A DNA stretch of 64,000 nucleotides from Podarcis muralis (GCF_964188315.1 NC_135671.1:4278001-4342000), one strand, 5' to 3'. Shown: positions 52,199 to 64,000, counted from the stretch's first letter. Numbers and translations are program-made. The notes: a model not told the origin generated them from the sequence alone.

Positions 52199-53125
52199 AT
52201 GGGCATAACTACTCCACTTGTTATCTTTTTCCAGATCATTTTAGCAATTGAGTCTGCTGTAGCCTTTTTAGGAAATGGATTTATCATAGTTGTGAATGGG
52301 CACCGATGGCTCCAAAACAGGAAGGTGGCCCCTTGCAACTTTCTCTTGACCAGTTTGAGCATCTCCAGAATTATGCTGCAGCTGACCATCCTGACAATTA
52401 ATATTCTGTACTACAACTCTGCAGAAAGTGGTATGCGTACCTATGGACAGGATATTGGCACATTTTTATGGTTATTTCTCAGCAACGCCAGCCTCTGGTG
52501 TGCCACATGGCTCAATGTCTTCTACTGTGTGAAGGTCACCAACTTCCCCCATCACCTGTTCCTCTGGCTAAAGCTAAGGATCGATGTACTTGCACCCAGA
52601 CTGCTTGGATTGGTGATAATATCTCTCATGCTCTTCTCTGCTCATCCAACCATTCTTTATTTTGAAGCGAAGAAGGCCTGCAATCTCTCAGGAACTCTGA
52701 CAAGGAATGCCAGTCTCAGCAAGGTTTGCCACCACCCATTCTTTGTTTTTAATACTCTACAGTTCTTTTCTATATGCATGAGTTTCATCCTCAGCGTAGT
52801 GGCATCCATGGTTTTGCTCATCTCTCTTTGGAGGCACAGAAAGAATATGAAAAAGAGTGGCTCTGTCATTAAGGATCTCAGCACTCAGGTCTACCTCAAT
52901 CTCATGAAGTCTTTGTTGTTCTCTCTGCTCGTTGACATTACGTATTTTTCCACTTTAATCATTCCTGTAAGCGGTTATTTCAGGTATGTAGCATATGACG
53001 GTTTCAGTTTGGCAGTAGTGCTGTCTGCAATCCCTTCAGCACATACCATAATCTTAATATTGTCCAATCCCAAACTGAAAGAAATCTTATTGCGCATACT
53101 AAACATCAGAAATGTGGCTTCATAA
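52199..53125 (+). CDS. TAS2R: TAS2R copy 8 (308 aa)
   Basis: TAS2R motifs; intact ORF. Confidence 0.95.
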   Translation: MGITTPLVIFFQIILAIESAVAFLGNGFIIVVNGHRWLQNRKVAPCNFLLTSLSISRIMLQLTILTINILYYNSAESGMRTYGQDIGTFLWLFLSNASLWCATWLNVFYCVKVTNFPHHLFLWLKLRIDVLAPRLLGLVIISLMLFSAHPTILYFEAKKACNLSGTLTRNASLSKVCHHPFFVFNTLQFFSICMSFILSVVASMVLLISLWRHRKNMKKSGSVIKDLSTQVYLNLMKSLLFSLLVDITYFSTLIIPVSGYFRYVAYDGFSLAVVLSAIPSAHTIILILSNPKLKEILLRILNIRNVAS

Positions 53126-54049
53126 AGTGAAGAGGGCTGTGAGCACGCATTCCTTGTATCCAAGAAACCCCCCCCCCCCCTTAAATACTTGTCTGTTCCT
53201 CCTAAACCTGCCCGGAGTTTTATTCCTGCCTAGAAATCCAACCTTTGATCATTATTTACACAGATCCTTCCACTTGTCAATCATTACTAACAGCGATATT
53301 GGTAATGAGTAAGGTGGAAATAAAATATTTATTCATTCTTCCGTTTTTAATTATAGATTCATTCATTTAGTATAGATCTTCGGAACATTTTCTTAGAGTC
53401 AATGCCTGGAGTCAGCACTTTCCTTGAATATATTTATAAGAATATATATATTCATTTGCTGGTGAGGAACATCAACGAACAGGGTAAAACCTACCTATAG
53501 ATCAGAAGTTGGTTGACGATTTCTATGATCCATGATTGGTCATCAAATAGCAGGAAGGAGCCTCTCTGAACATCGTTTGGGATTGTCACGATGACTTACA
53601 TGACTTAGTGAGCTATTATATCTACAATCTAATTCAGAGCTAGATATATGTATGTTTATTCATTTGCCCTTATGCAGATAAGGGGACCAGGCAAGGCTGC
53701 CCTCTTTCGCCCTTATTATTTATCATGGTACTTGAACGCCTAGCGATTGTAATAAGGAAAGACACAAAGATAAAAGGCATAACAGTTGAGGAAAAAATCA
53801 CATAAAATAAAGGCCTTCACAGATGAACTGATATTAACAACCGAAAACCCAGAAGAAAGTGTGCCACAAAAAATAGAAAAAAATCTTGAATTCGGGAAAG
53901 TAGCAGGATTCAAGTTAAACAAAAACAAGACCAATATGTTAGCAAATAATATGACTATTTAGGAAAAAGAAGAATTACAAAGATATCAGGATTGGCAATA
54001 GTAAACAAAACCAAGTACCTGGGAATCTGGCTGACAAACCAAAATAGTA

Positions 54050-54291
54050 CAGTGGTACCTCGGGTTACAAACACCTTGGGTTACAGACACTTCGGGTTAC
54101 AGACTTCGCTAACCCAGAATTAGTACCTCGGGTTAAGAACTTTGCCCCAGGCTGAGAACAGAAATCACACGGTGGCGGTGCAGCAGCAGCGGGAGGCCCC
54201 ATTAGCTGAAGTGGTACCTCAGGTTAAGAACGGTTTCAGGTTAAGAACAGACCTCCGGAACAAATTACGTTCTTAACCCGAGGTACCACTG
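54050..54291. mobile_element. Tigger/Tc1-mariner-type MITE nested in the L1
   Basis: TIRs cagtggtacctcgggtta / taacccgaggtaccactg; TA TSD on both sides. Confidence 0.9.
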
Positions 54292-55141
54292 TAACCTATT
54301 TAAAGACAACTATACAAAAATTTGGAAAGAAGTCACAAGAGATTTGGAAATCGGGAATAAGTTAAGACTTTCACTTTGTGGCAGGATATCAGTAGGACAA
54401 ATGAATGTGTTGCCTAAAACGATGTTTTTATTTCAAATGATATCAATCATTGGAGGGGAGGGCAGTTTCAAATTATAGCAAATAGACCTATCAAAATTTA
54501 TTTGGCAGCATAAAAAAACAAGAATTAAATATAAACTTTTAATAGATAAAATATACAGAGGTAGATTGGCATTATCTGACCTAAAGTTGTATTACGATTC
54601 GGTTTGTTTAAATTGGTTAAAAGTAGATATTATTACAGGATGGATATTTACTGGACCTAGAAGGGTTTAATAACCGCTATGCGTGGCATGCGTATTTAGG
54701 ATACAAAAAGGTGAAAGTTCACAGGGGATTTACTAATCATATCATAAGAAAATTGATATACAGAGTATGGGTAAATACAAAGAACTACTAGAACCAAAGA
54801 CACCCTGGTGGATTTCGCCTTTAGAAGCAATAACGGTAAAAAAGAAAAATATGGAACTAAATTGGACTACGAATAAGGATTAATTAAAATAAATTAATAA
54901 TAAGCTGATATTAAAAGACTATGAGGAAATAAGACATCATCAAACAGGGTGGATTCAGTATCACCAACTAAATGAAGTGTTCAAGGCAGACAAGAAAAGA
55001 GGCTTTACAGAGGCAATCTCATTACTAGATAAAGAATTATTACAAAATAACACCAAGATAATTTCTAAAATTTATGAAACATTACTGGAGTGGGAGGTGA
55101 AGGATGAACAGGTAAAAGAGGTGATGATTAGATGGGCTATA

Positions 55142-55507
55142 AGGTAAAGGTAAAGGTACCCCTGCCCGTACAGGCCAGTCTTGACAGACTCTGGGGTTGC
55201 GTGCCCATCTCGCTTAAGAGGCCGGGGACCATCGCTGTCCGGAGACACTTCCGGGTCATGTGACCAGTGTGACAAAGCTGCTCCAGCGAACTGGCACTAG
55301 AGCAGCACACGGAAACGCCGTTTACCTTCCCGCTATAAAGCGGTACCTATTTATCTACTTGCACTTAAGTGTGCTTTCGAACTGCTAGGTGGGCAGGAGC
55401 TGGGACCGAACGACGGGAGCTCACCCCGCCGCGGGGATTCGAACCGCCGACCATGAGATCGGCAAGTCCTAGGCGCTGAGGTTTTACCCACAGCGCCACC
55501 TGCGTCC
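55142..55507 (-). mobile_element. Sauria SINE nested in the L1
   Basis: (aaggta)n tail, full body, 12-bp TSD agatgggctata (55130-55141, 55508-55519). Confidence 0.92.
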
Positions 55508-56213
55508 AGATGGGCTATAGATATAGATAAAACTATCGAATTATCATCATGGAAAGAATTATGGAAAGAGAGTTGAAAATTTACAGCTTGTGAAGCGATA
55601 ACGGAAAATTTAATAAAGATGTTTTACAGATGGTATTTAACACCAATCAAAATATGTAAAATGTATAAAACTAAATCAAATCTGTGTTGCAGGTAGGGGA
55701 CACTCATACATATGTGGTGGAGATGTGATAAAATCAAAGGCTTCTGGGATATAGTGTATGAAGAGTTAAAGAAAATGTTTAAACAAAACTTTGTTATGAA
55801 AACAGAAGCTTTTTTATTGGGGATACTAGACACAGATATTGCCAGAGAAAATAAGAAAATATTCCTGTAAGCCGCAGGAGCGGCAAGAACACTAATTGCC
55901 AAAAATTGGAAAAAAGAAATAATCTCGACAAAAAAAAGAATGGCAAGACAAATCATTTGATCATATTGAATTGGCTAGAATGACAGAGGCAATTAGGGGT
56001 CAAACCAAGCAAAAATTCCAAAAAGAATGGGTAAAATATAGAGAATATCTTAAAAAGCAGTGCCCTCAAATTAATACTTGGACTTGTTTCGATTAACTTC
56101 TGCAGAATAATTTATGGTACTTAAAAACAGAAAGAAAAAGGGCTAATAATGAACTAAAAAGGAGACAATTTACCAAAAATAAGTCAATTAGAAGAAAAGA
56201 AGAACTGAAATAT

Positions 56214-56254
<41 letters not shown>

Positions 56255-56478
56255 AAAACAAATAATATAAAGTTGTCATACTTTATCATGTTTTATTTGT
56301 ATTTTTGGTTTTGTGTTCTGTTGTTGCTTTTCTTTTGATTCTGTACTATTATTTTCATGTTTAGTTTGACAAGTGTGTGTATGTGTTGTAAATAAATGCA
56401 ATTAAAAAACGAAGAAACAAAACAAAACCAATCATTTGCTCTTATGTAGCTGTATTATTTCTTTTGTGACAAAAATAT

Positions 56479-56619
56479 TGATGGCTCAGTTGGTAGAGCA
56501 CGAGACTCTTAATCTCAGGGTTGTGGGTTCAAGCCCAATTTTGGGCAGAAAGATTCCTGAATTGCAGGGGTTGGACTAGATGACCTTCGTGGTCCCTTCC
56601 AACTCTGGTTCTATGAGAT
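56479..56619 (+). mobile_element. tRNA-Lys-derived SINE with CR1-like tail (Squam2/Anolis SINE2 type)
   Basis: gctcagttggtagagcacgagactcttaatctcagggttgtgggttcaagccc head joined to gggggttggactagatgacc...ccttccaactct tail; paralogs at about 41780 and 46140 keep only the first 25 nt or so. Confidence 0.8.
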
Positions 56620-57269
56620 ATTGCAAGTCCATGGGGAGTCCAGGGATGGTTGCGCCCTCCCTGGATCTCTAACCCACACCCCAGCTTATGCACCCCAGGG
56701 GGTCACTTCGGTGCTGCTAACGTACTGTTTTGACTTCACCCCACCCCCCACTTCAAAAGGTGCAGTCCGTTCTCTCTCTCGAGACAGGCAGATGCCATCC
56801 ACATTCTTTTTATGAACAATCTTCTCTATTTTAGGTTCAATGGTGGTTTGCCTTGGAATGGAAAAAACTGCACATACCCTCTACTGGAATGCCCCATCCA
56901 GATTCATGCCTTGAATAGGATGCCCTGCTTTGTCAGTGACAGCCTGGATGCAGAGAAGTGATGTGAGGCACTAGCAGGGGAACCTGCAAGGGAACCCCAA
57001 AGGGAAGACAACTTAGAGCCAGGGGATTGGTGGTGGGATGACCATGTGTGGTCAGAAGGAGAACAGGGAGCAAAGTAGAAGGAGGAGGTATTGGAAGCTG
57101 AAGAGGTAACAGGGTTTAGTGAGCAGGAAGAGGCTGTGGGAAACAGTAATCCTGAATGAGAGGCAGAAGAGGAGGCTGGAGAGGAGAGGGTCAAGAGGCA
57201 GCAGCAAGTCAGGCTGCTAAAGAGGCCAGGGAGTCTCCCCCTCCTGCTGCGACCAGCTCCCCTCTCCTT

Positions 57270-57868
57270 TGTGGGAATGATCAGGGAGGCAGGAGAGGAT
57301 ATATTGTTTAATTATATCCTTCCCAACTTGTGTTAGCAAGTTCTACAATTTAGCAGAGTCACATTCCCCTTTTTAAACTTGTACAGCAGATAACGTCTTT
57401 GGCAGGCTTGTTTAAGCCTCAAAATAAGTTTCCTGGTAATTCCCCTTTTATTCCCTCATAAAAGAAATAGACGCGACACAGTCTTGTATATAAGTATATA
57501 AAACAGTTTACTCACATTCTGTTCACAAATGGATCCCAGGAGGCAGACTTAAGTTACAAAATATATACACCTGGAATCTATCCCATAAGGATATAGTTCC
57601 TTTGTCCTCTCTTGGCTGCAAGCCAAGAGAGCATCTCAGGCTATGAAGATTTTTGCTTCTTTGAGGAATGGAGTCAGAGAGATGGCTACCTCCACTGTGC
57701 TATTTTCTTACCTGCTTGGTGAGGTCACGCCCACATCTGGTCACATGTAGAGGAAGTTTGTCCCAGCCCAGGAGCAAACAGGAAGTTCCGACTGGCTGGT
57801 CCAGACATCCTCTTTTACATCCACTCTAGGAATGTTATATTTGACTGCTCTGTGTTTCACATCCCACA
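57270..57868 (-). mobile_element. Solo LTR nested in the older solo LTR
   Basis: 7-bp inverted termini tgtggga / tcccaca; absent from paralogs at about 42418 and 46780; imperfect 4-bp flanks cctt/ccct. Confidence 0.75.
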
Positions 57869-58355
57869 CCCTCTGGTCTCCCAGAACCCATGGAGGTATG
57901 AAGAGGGTGGAACACAGATAGAAAGACAGAGAATATTCCTGTTCCTTGGGTAAGTTGCTGGCAAGAAGGAGACTTGGAGAGTTGTGGGAGGGCAGGGCAT
58001 TGGGCAGGGCATTGGGGAAGAGTTGCTGGGCTCACTAGGCCTGAGCTGTTCTGTTTCCTTGAATAAAGAGTTAACTTCACTGGCACCGGCTGTTTTATTT
58101 CTGACATCCCCCTGACTCTTGCCTTGACATGCTGCCACCACCACTTCAGACAGTGGCTATGGCAATCCCACCACGTAAAGCAGCAGTGGGGCAACAGCTC
58201 CCTCCTCCTCTTCCTCATCTGTGCCATTTCTCTCAGGTGCCACCCAAAGCAGCTGCTTCATCCCATGTCATTCTTGGGCAGGTTCTTTTTTCCCTAATGG
58301 ATGAGGCCAACCCAAGGAGCTGTCTTGAGAATTGTGAGACAGTACATATACAGAA

Positions 58356-58730
58356 TACGTATATATTCACTCAGCGGGACGCGGGTGGCGCTGTGGGTAA
58401 AACCTCAGCGCCTAGGACTTGCCGATCGCATGGTCGGCAGTTCGAATCCCCGCGGCGGGGTGCGCTCCCGTCATTCGGTCCCAGCGCCTGCCAACCTAGC
58501 AGTTCGAAAGCACCCCCGGGTGCAAGTAGATAAATAGGGACCACTAACCAGCGGGAAGGTAAACGGCGTTCCGTGTGCTGTGCTGGCCCGCCAGATGCAG
58601 CTTGTCACGCTGGCCACGTGACCTGGAAGTGTCTGCGGACAGCGCTGGCTCCCGGCCTATAGAGTGAGATGAGCGCACAACCCTAGAGTCTGTCAAGACT
58701 GGCCCGTACGGACAGGGGTACCTTTACCTT
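58356..58730 (+). mobile_element. Sauria SINE
   Basis: Full body and tail; 13-bp TSD tacatatacagaa (58343-58355, 58731-58743); about 19 extra nt at the 5' end. Confidence 0.9.
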
Positions 58731-59499
58731 TACATATACAGAAACCTATGGAGGTTTGAACAGAGAAGCTTTGGGTTAGTGTGTGAATGCTCCAGGTTCT
58801 GAGTTACTTAATATCCCCAGGCCTGGGACTGACCTGTGAACCTGACTTTCCTGTATTCTTTTGTTGCCGTTCAATCCTGACATCTGGCTTACTCTTCAGT
58901 CCTGCTTCCTAGATATCCCTTGGCTCTAAATGGCGGTTTGTTTGTTTTTTGGTCCTGACTTCTTACTTGCTCTCAGTCCTGGTTTCCCCTTTGGTTCCCT
59001 TGACTCGCAAGGCTTCAATCCATGGCTCACCTAAGATTTGTCCCCATGACGCAGCCCCAAAGCATCTCACAAATACCTCATTGATTTAGTTGCTCTTCTA
59101 CTGTAGTTCAGTACATTATCCTATCCATGAGGTTTAACATTTCACATTATCACAAGTTGGGAGGTCACTTATGGTGGAACAGAATTACCTAGAGTCCAAG
59201 CATTGAAAAATTGATACCCCTGCAAAAAAAAATGTATACCCACCCAAACTGACAGAGATTGGTTGATCATTGAAATCTCAGCATATGTCGAAATCCAAGT
59301 ATATGTGAATAACATGATACCTGGTTCTGTCATTAGTAACAGAAACCTTCTGAGATTTGAATTTCTTTCCACACCATGATCTCATCATTTAAAAAGCCCA
59401 AGTCTCCAGAGTTGACACTGCTGGACATCCAAAACAAACCAGGAGAATAACAATCTGATACTTCTTCCATTCAGGCTTTTCTCGTCAAAAGTAACAACA

Positions 59500-60414
59500 A
59501 TGGGCATAACTACTCCATTTGGTATCTTTTTCCTGCCCATTTTAGCAATTGAGAGCGCTGTTGCCTTTTTAGGAAATGGATTTATCATAGTTGTGAATGG
59601 ACACCGATGGCTCCAAAACAGGAAGATGGCCCCTTGCGATTTACTCTTGACCAGTTTGAGCACCTCCAGAATTATGCTGCAGCTGACCATCTTGATAAAT
59701 AATATTCTGTACAACAGCCTTCCAGAGAACTATACGCGTATTTTTACAAGAGAGATTGGCGCATTTTTCTGGTTTTTTCTCAGCAATGTTAGCCTCTGGT
59801 GTGCCACATGGCTTGATATTTTCTACTGTGTGAAGGTCACCAACTTCCCCCATCACCTGTTCCTCTGGCTGAAGCTAAGGATCGATGTGCTTGTATCTAG
59901 ACTGCTCGGAATGGCGATCATAGCTCTCATGCTCTTCTCTGTTCCTCCAACCATTCTTTATTTTGAAAATAAGAAGCTCTGTAATCTCTCAGGAACTCTG
60001 ACACAGAATGCCAGTCTCAGCGAGGTTTGCAAAGACCCATTATTTGCTTTTAGAATTCTACAGTTCTGTTCTATGTGCATGAGTTTCATCCTGAGCGTAA
60101 CGGCATCCATGCTTTTCCTCATCTCTCTTTGGAGGCACATAAAGAATCTAAGAAAGAGTGGCTCTGCCATTAAGGACCTCAGCACTCAGGTCTATCTCAA
60201 TGTCATGAAGTCTTTGTTGCTCTCTCTGTTCTTTGGCATTACGTATTTTGCTGCTTTACTCATTCGTATGGCTAATTTCTACATGTCTGGCACAAATATG
60301 CTATTAGTTTTTGATTTAGTGCTGTCTGCCCTCCTTTCAGCACACTCAGTAATCTTGATATTGTCCAATGCAAAACTCAAAGTAATCTTAGTGCACATTC
60401 TGAACCTCAGATAA
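59500..60414 (+). CDS. TAS2R: TAS2R copy 9 (304 aa; most divergent C-terminus)
   Basis: TAS2R motifs; TM7 reads LSAHSVILILSNAKLK instead of PSAHTMILILSNPKLK. Confidence 0.93.
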   Translation: MGITTPFGIFFLPILAIESAVAFLGNGFIIVVNGHRWLQNRKMAPCDLLLTSLSTSRIMLQLTILINNILYNSLPENYTRIFTREIGAFFWFFLSNVSLWCATWLDIFYCVKVTNFPHHLFLWLKLRIDVLVSRLLGMAIIALMLFSVPPTILYFENKKLCNLSGTLTQNASLSEVCKDPLFAFRILQFCSMCMSFILSVTASMLFLISLWRHIKNLRKSGSAIKDLSTQVYLNVMKSLLLSLFFGITYFAALLIRMANFYMSGTNMLLVFDLVLSALLSAHSVILILSNAKLKVILVHILNLR

Positions 60415-61092
60415 AGAAAAGAAAGCTTTTGACATGCATCCCTTGTGCAAAAGAAAATCCCCAAAGATTTTCACACCAGCCATTCTCCCTCTCGCTCTAT
60501 CTGTATATGTATATGTATATGTGTGTGTGTGTGTGTAATACTTGCCTCAGGTGTATTGGCTTGTATTTCTCCCTTCCCATCCCAAATAGACAAGATCCTA
60601 CCATTTATTAATTTCTGGGGTTTAGGAGGGTCCCCCTCACAAATCTATAACACCATCAACAAACTACTTTATTTTAGCTTCAAATGTGGTTTGCCTTGGA
60701 ACGGAGAAGATTGCACGTACCCCTCTGCTGGACTGCCCAATCCAGATTCATGCCTTTAAGAGGATATTTTCATTCACAGTTGGCACTAACAGAGGCAGAT
60801 GTTGTGGTGTGGGGAGTGAAGCCTTGGGATGCAGAGATGTGTGGCTCAGAATCTGCTCTTCATCCCCCAACCTAGACTGCTACCCTCAGATAGGCTGAAA
60901 GGGGCACCCACTGTTAGAGTAAGGGTATTTTCACATTGCCACCTTAGTGTGCAATATTCTGTATTCCCTTCAACTAAACTCAGGAGTAAATATGTATAAA
61001 TACTGGAAATACTTGTCCTAATCATTTAGTTCATTGGAACTTTTTCTAATCAGTTGACCATTATGACAAATAACAACATGTAATCTACTCCT

Positions 61093-61475
61093 CGCCGAAG
61101 AATTGATGCTTTTGAATTCTGGTGCTGGAGGAGACTCTTGAGGGTCCCATGGACTGCAAGAAGATCAAACCTCTCCATTCTTAAGGAAATCAGCCCTGAG
61201 TGCTCACTGGAAGGACAGGTCCTGAAGCTGAGACTCCAATACTTTGGCCGCCTAATGAGAAGAGAAGACTCCCTGAAAAAGACCCTGATGCTGGGAAAGA
61301 TGGAGGGCACAAGGAGAAGGGAGTGACAGTGGACGAGATGGTTGGGTAGTGTTCTCGAAGCTACCAGCATGAGTTTGACCAAAGTGGGGGAGGCAGTGGA
61401 AGACAGGAGTGCCTGGCGTGCTCTGGTCCATGGTGTCACGAAGAGTCGGACACAACTAAATGACTAAACAACAAC
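61093..61475 (+). mobile_element. Bov-B (RTE) LINE 3' fragment
   Basis: Characteristic RRIDAFEFWCWRRLLRVPWTARRSNLSILKEISPECSLEG coding end, ...gtcggacacaactaaatgactaaacaacaac tail, 11-bp TSD aatctactcct (61082-61092, 61476-61486). Confidence 0.93.
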
Positions 61476-62198
61476 AATCTACTCCTTGCCCTGAGATTTG
61501 AAACTCTTCCTTTACAATATTGCAAAGTTCATTCATTTACGACTTCTATAAATCTCTTTCCTTCTTAAAAGCATTGTTAATTTAACTGGCCCATAATCTC
61601 TAGTGTTTCTAGATGGTGATGATATTGACTTGTTTGGTTTTAATGTTATCCTATTTTTAGTATGTTAACTGCTGTAAACTGCTCTGGTAAACCTTGGAAT
61701 GAAAGACACTATAGAAATGATTTTATCAATAAAGTAGTAATACAATGGTATTTTTTGCTTGGTTTCAGTGATTTTCCATATTTCATGGCAAGAGGTAGAG
61801 CCAGACTCTTCCTCAGACTGCCTCCATCCCATCTCAACAGGCTTTATCCCTAACCTGCTCTCACTTTGCTGCCTAGGTAGGCCTGACCTTCCTACAGGGA
61901 GTGAGCTGATGATACAGTGCATGGAAATTCAGCAATTTGTTTACAGCAACCACAGAGCATGCCAGCTATCCAAAGTCAATTATGCAAACGAAAAATGGAA
62001 ATGCTGTAAAAGAATCTCTCGGGACTTTGCATTTCCATTTGTCTGAAATCAGAGGAAAGCATCCCTCAGTTTGGTTCCCACTTCCCCCATGATATATAGT
62101 TTAAAACATAGGTGGCACTGGAAGATTGTATCTGAGTGCTGTTAGCAGTTTCCTGGAGTTTCTTCTGTCTCTTCCTGGCTGGACCTTGCATGTCATGG

Positions 62199-64000
62199 TG
62201 TCAGAAGTCAAGTTTAAAACGCAAAGTTCCCCAGGGAGGGAGGGCAGTTTGGGCTAGCAAGCATCCCAAAACCTTAAAACTCCCAAAGCCAGAAGAACCC
62301 AGTCTGTGTCTCTGGTCCCCTACAAATATATCCATTGGAGGTTGTAGTGGTTATGAGTTACTCGTGCGTAAACTGCCACCTCTCTAGGCTTAATTGCCTT
62401 GGTTAAACCGTTCTGACTGCACAGCCCCTCTCAGCGTGGCTGTCTCAGTCGCTGGAAGAATCTGTCTGTGGGCGTTTCTTAAACCTCTTCCAGCATAGAA
62501 GCTGTTTGACACCCAGTCGTCTCCGCCTCTCGCTGCACGGGAGTCTTCTGAGCAGGGAGGGCGTGGGTAGTGGAGGACCTGTGCTCTCCTCACGGATGTC
62601 CAGTGAAGAATCTCAGAGCTCTCCCTCCGCTTCCTCCAGTTGCCCCACCTTTTCCCTGGTGTCACTTTGATTTCCTTCCTCCTCTACCGGGCTCCTCCTT
62701 CCCCTGGTGCTGGGTCCCTCGCCAGCAGAATCAGGGAGCCTCCCCTCTGCCTCTCACTCTGATGTCAGTTCCCTGACATCTACCTCCCCTCCAGGACCCC
62801 CTCCACCCCCAGACCGACCTGTGGAACCAATTTCTTTCCCTTCTTCGCCTGACGAGGCAGGGAAACCCCGGAAGGAACTGTCACCGTCCTCAGTGGAATC
62901 GAAACCCGCTTCCCACCCGCTCTGATTCCTCCCAACGGGGTGGCCCTCCCAGTCCGATTCTTCTTCCTCCCCCTCGGAGTCTGAAAACCCCTTAAAACTC
63001 TCTTCGTCGTCGGTGGTTCCAAATTTCTCCCCCCAGAATCTCTCCAGGGGTTTGGGCTTGTTTGGGAGCTGGCGGTGGAATACCTCCACCAGATACCTGT
63101 CCTCGATGGCTTCAGCAGGAACCCACGTGTTTTCTGACCCGGGCTCCCCTTCCCAAGCCACCAAGTACTCCACCTGGCGCCCTCGCCACCTTGAATCGAG
63201 TATTTCCGTGGCCGAGTGAAGGTGTTCCCTTTCTTCTACCTGCGGTTGTGTGGTGACTCCCCCCTCTCGTCCCGGGAATTCCCGCCCCTCCCTGTGTGGT
63301 GAGAGTAGGGATCTGTGGAACACCGGGTGTATTTTCATGCTGTCGGGCAGCTTGAGCTTAAATGCCACGGGGTTTACCTGCTGTGTTACCTCAAATGGCC
63401 CCAGCCGTCTGGGCTGCAGCTTTTTGCAACCCCCTTTGAAGGGTAATCCTTGGCTGGACAACCACACCCGGTCCCCCACCCGTATGGTCTCCCCTTCCCT
63501 GCGGTGCTTGTCTGCCTGCCTCTTGTATACTTCCTTGGCCCGCTCCAAGTTCATCTTAAGTTGCTGGTGCAGGGCCTCCATTTCTTCCACAAACTGCTCC
63601 GCCGCGGGTACACTCCAGTTTTCCTTCTCGCTCCCCGGGAAAGCCCTGGGATGACACCCATAATTGGCCATGAATGGGCTCATTCCCGTGGACACGTGCT
63701 CAGCGTTATTGTACGCAAATTCAGCCAGCGCCAGTTTCTCTACCCAATCGTTTTGCCTCTCGCTGACATAGCAGCGTAGGTATTGCTGGAGTATACTGTT
63801 TGCTCTTTCTGCTTGCCCATTGGTTTCTGGGTGTCTCACTGTCGAGAACCCCACCTCGACTTGCAGCAAGCTCATGAGCTTCCTCCAGAACCGGGAAGTA
63901 AATTGTTTCCCACGGTCGGAGATAACCCTCAAGGGGGCGCCATGCAACCTGAAAATGTGCTCCACAAACAACCGTGCCGTTTCCTCCGCCGTCACTGCAT
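62199..64000 (-). mobile_element. Ty3/gypsy chromovirus 3' part: integrase, chromodomain and 3' LTR (about 62199-62778)
   Basis: Purine tract ggaggggaggtaga then TGTCAGGG at 62778; the left LTR end (TGACA at 62199 or 62191) is uncertain; element continues beyond the window. Confidence 0.88.
62754..64000 (-). CDS. pol: gypsy pol C-terminus (integrase core, GPF/SH3-like region, chromodomain, acidic tail)
   Basis: ISDRGKQFTS, HPETNGQAERAN, GPFEV, IHPVFHRSLL, EILDSR..YLVAWEG..ENTWVP; frame open to the window edge. Confidence 0.92.
   Translation of the reverse strand, partial: AVTAEETARLFVEHIFRLHGAPLRVISDRGKQFTSRFWRKLMSLLQVEVGFSTVRHPETNGQAERANSILQQYLRCYVSERQNDWVEKLALAEFAYNNAEHVSTGMSPFMANYGCHPRAFPGSEKENWSVPAAEQFVEEMEALHQQLKMNLERAKEVYKRQADKHRREGETIRVGDRVWLSSQGLPFKGGCKKLQPRRLGPFEVTQQVNPVAFKLKLPDSMKIHPVFHRSLLSPHREGREFPGREGGVTTQPQVEEREHLHSATEILDSRWRGRQVEYLVAWEGEPGSENTWVPAEAIEDRYLVEVFHRQLPNKPKPLERFWGEKFGTTDDEESFKGFSDSEGEEEESDWEGHPVGRNQSGWEAGFDSTEDGDSSFRGFPASSGEEGKEIGSTGRSGGGGGPGGEVDVRELTSE

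Larger units (their letters stand above)
53678..56432 (+). mobile_element. 5'-truncated, decayed L1/Tx1-clade LINE (RT to 3' UTR)
   Basis: Remnant motifs [44 protein letters not shown] among many stops; A-rich end; 17-bp TSD catttg(c/t)..ttatg(c/t)ag with 2 mismatches (53661-53677, 56433-56449). Confidence 0.85.

Noticed and set aside
56479-56555. tRNA-Lys gene
   Set aside because: Degenerate stems and a contiguous CR1-like tail identify it as a SINE head.
1-64000. CRISPR arrays, operons, rRNA genes or prokaryotic defence systems
   Set aside because: Vertebrate genomic context; no regularly spaced repeat-spacer arrays or rRNA-like sequence seen.

Overview
Squamate nuclear DNA, probably a lacertid lizard (inferred from Sauria/Squam-type SINEs and Bov-B), carrying a chemoreceptor cluster. 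It holds one intact class II olfactory receptor (3236-4168), three 3'-half OR fragments and nine intact, intronless-CDS bitter taste receptor (TAS2R) genes, all on the + strand. The left half (3765-37077) is a 4-unit tandem array of [OR 3' half - spacer - TAS2R] built from one breakpoint; the right half is a second, patchwork set of TAS2R duplications. Mobile elements are dense: two young but RT-defective Ty1/copia elements, a full-length LINE with 12-bp TSD, a duplicated ERV LTR plus env remnant, several solo LTRs, a chromodomain gypsy at the right edge, a truncated L1, Bov-B, SINEs and MITEs. Three observations stand out. (1) The full-length LINE has ORF1 and ORF2 in one frame, separated only by UGA-CAG-UCA plus a GNRA-capped stem-loop, and ORF2 has no AUG before its endonuclease motifs: a candidate programmed stop-codon readthrough. 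A canonical PCNA PIP box sits at the ORF1 C-terminus. (2) A recently mobile copia lacks RT/RNase H entirely but keeps gag-PR-IN, and its LTRs carry a degenerate sense copy of initiator tRNA-Met. (3) The OR-half/TAS2R amplification unit has predicted spliced 5' UTRs. All alignments were done by eye; no database search was run.
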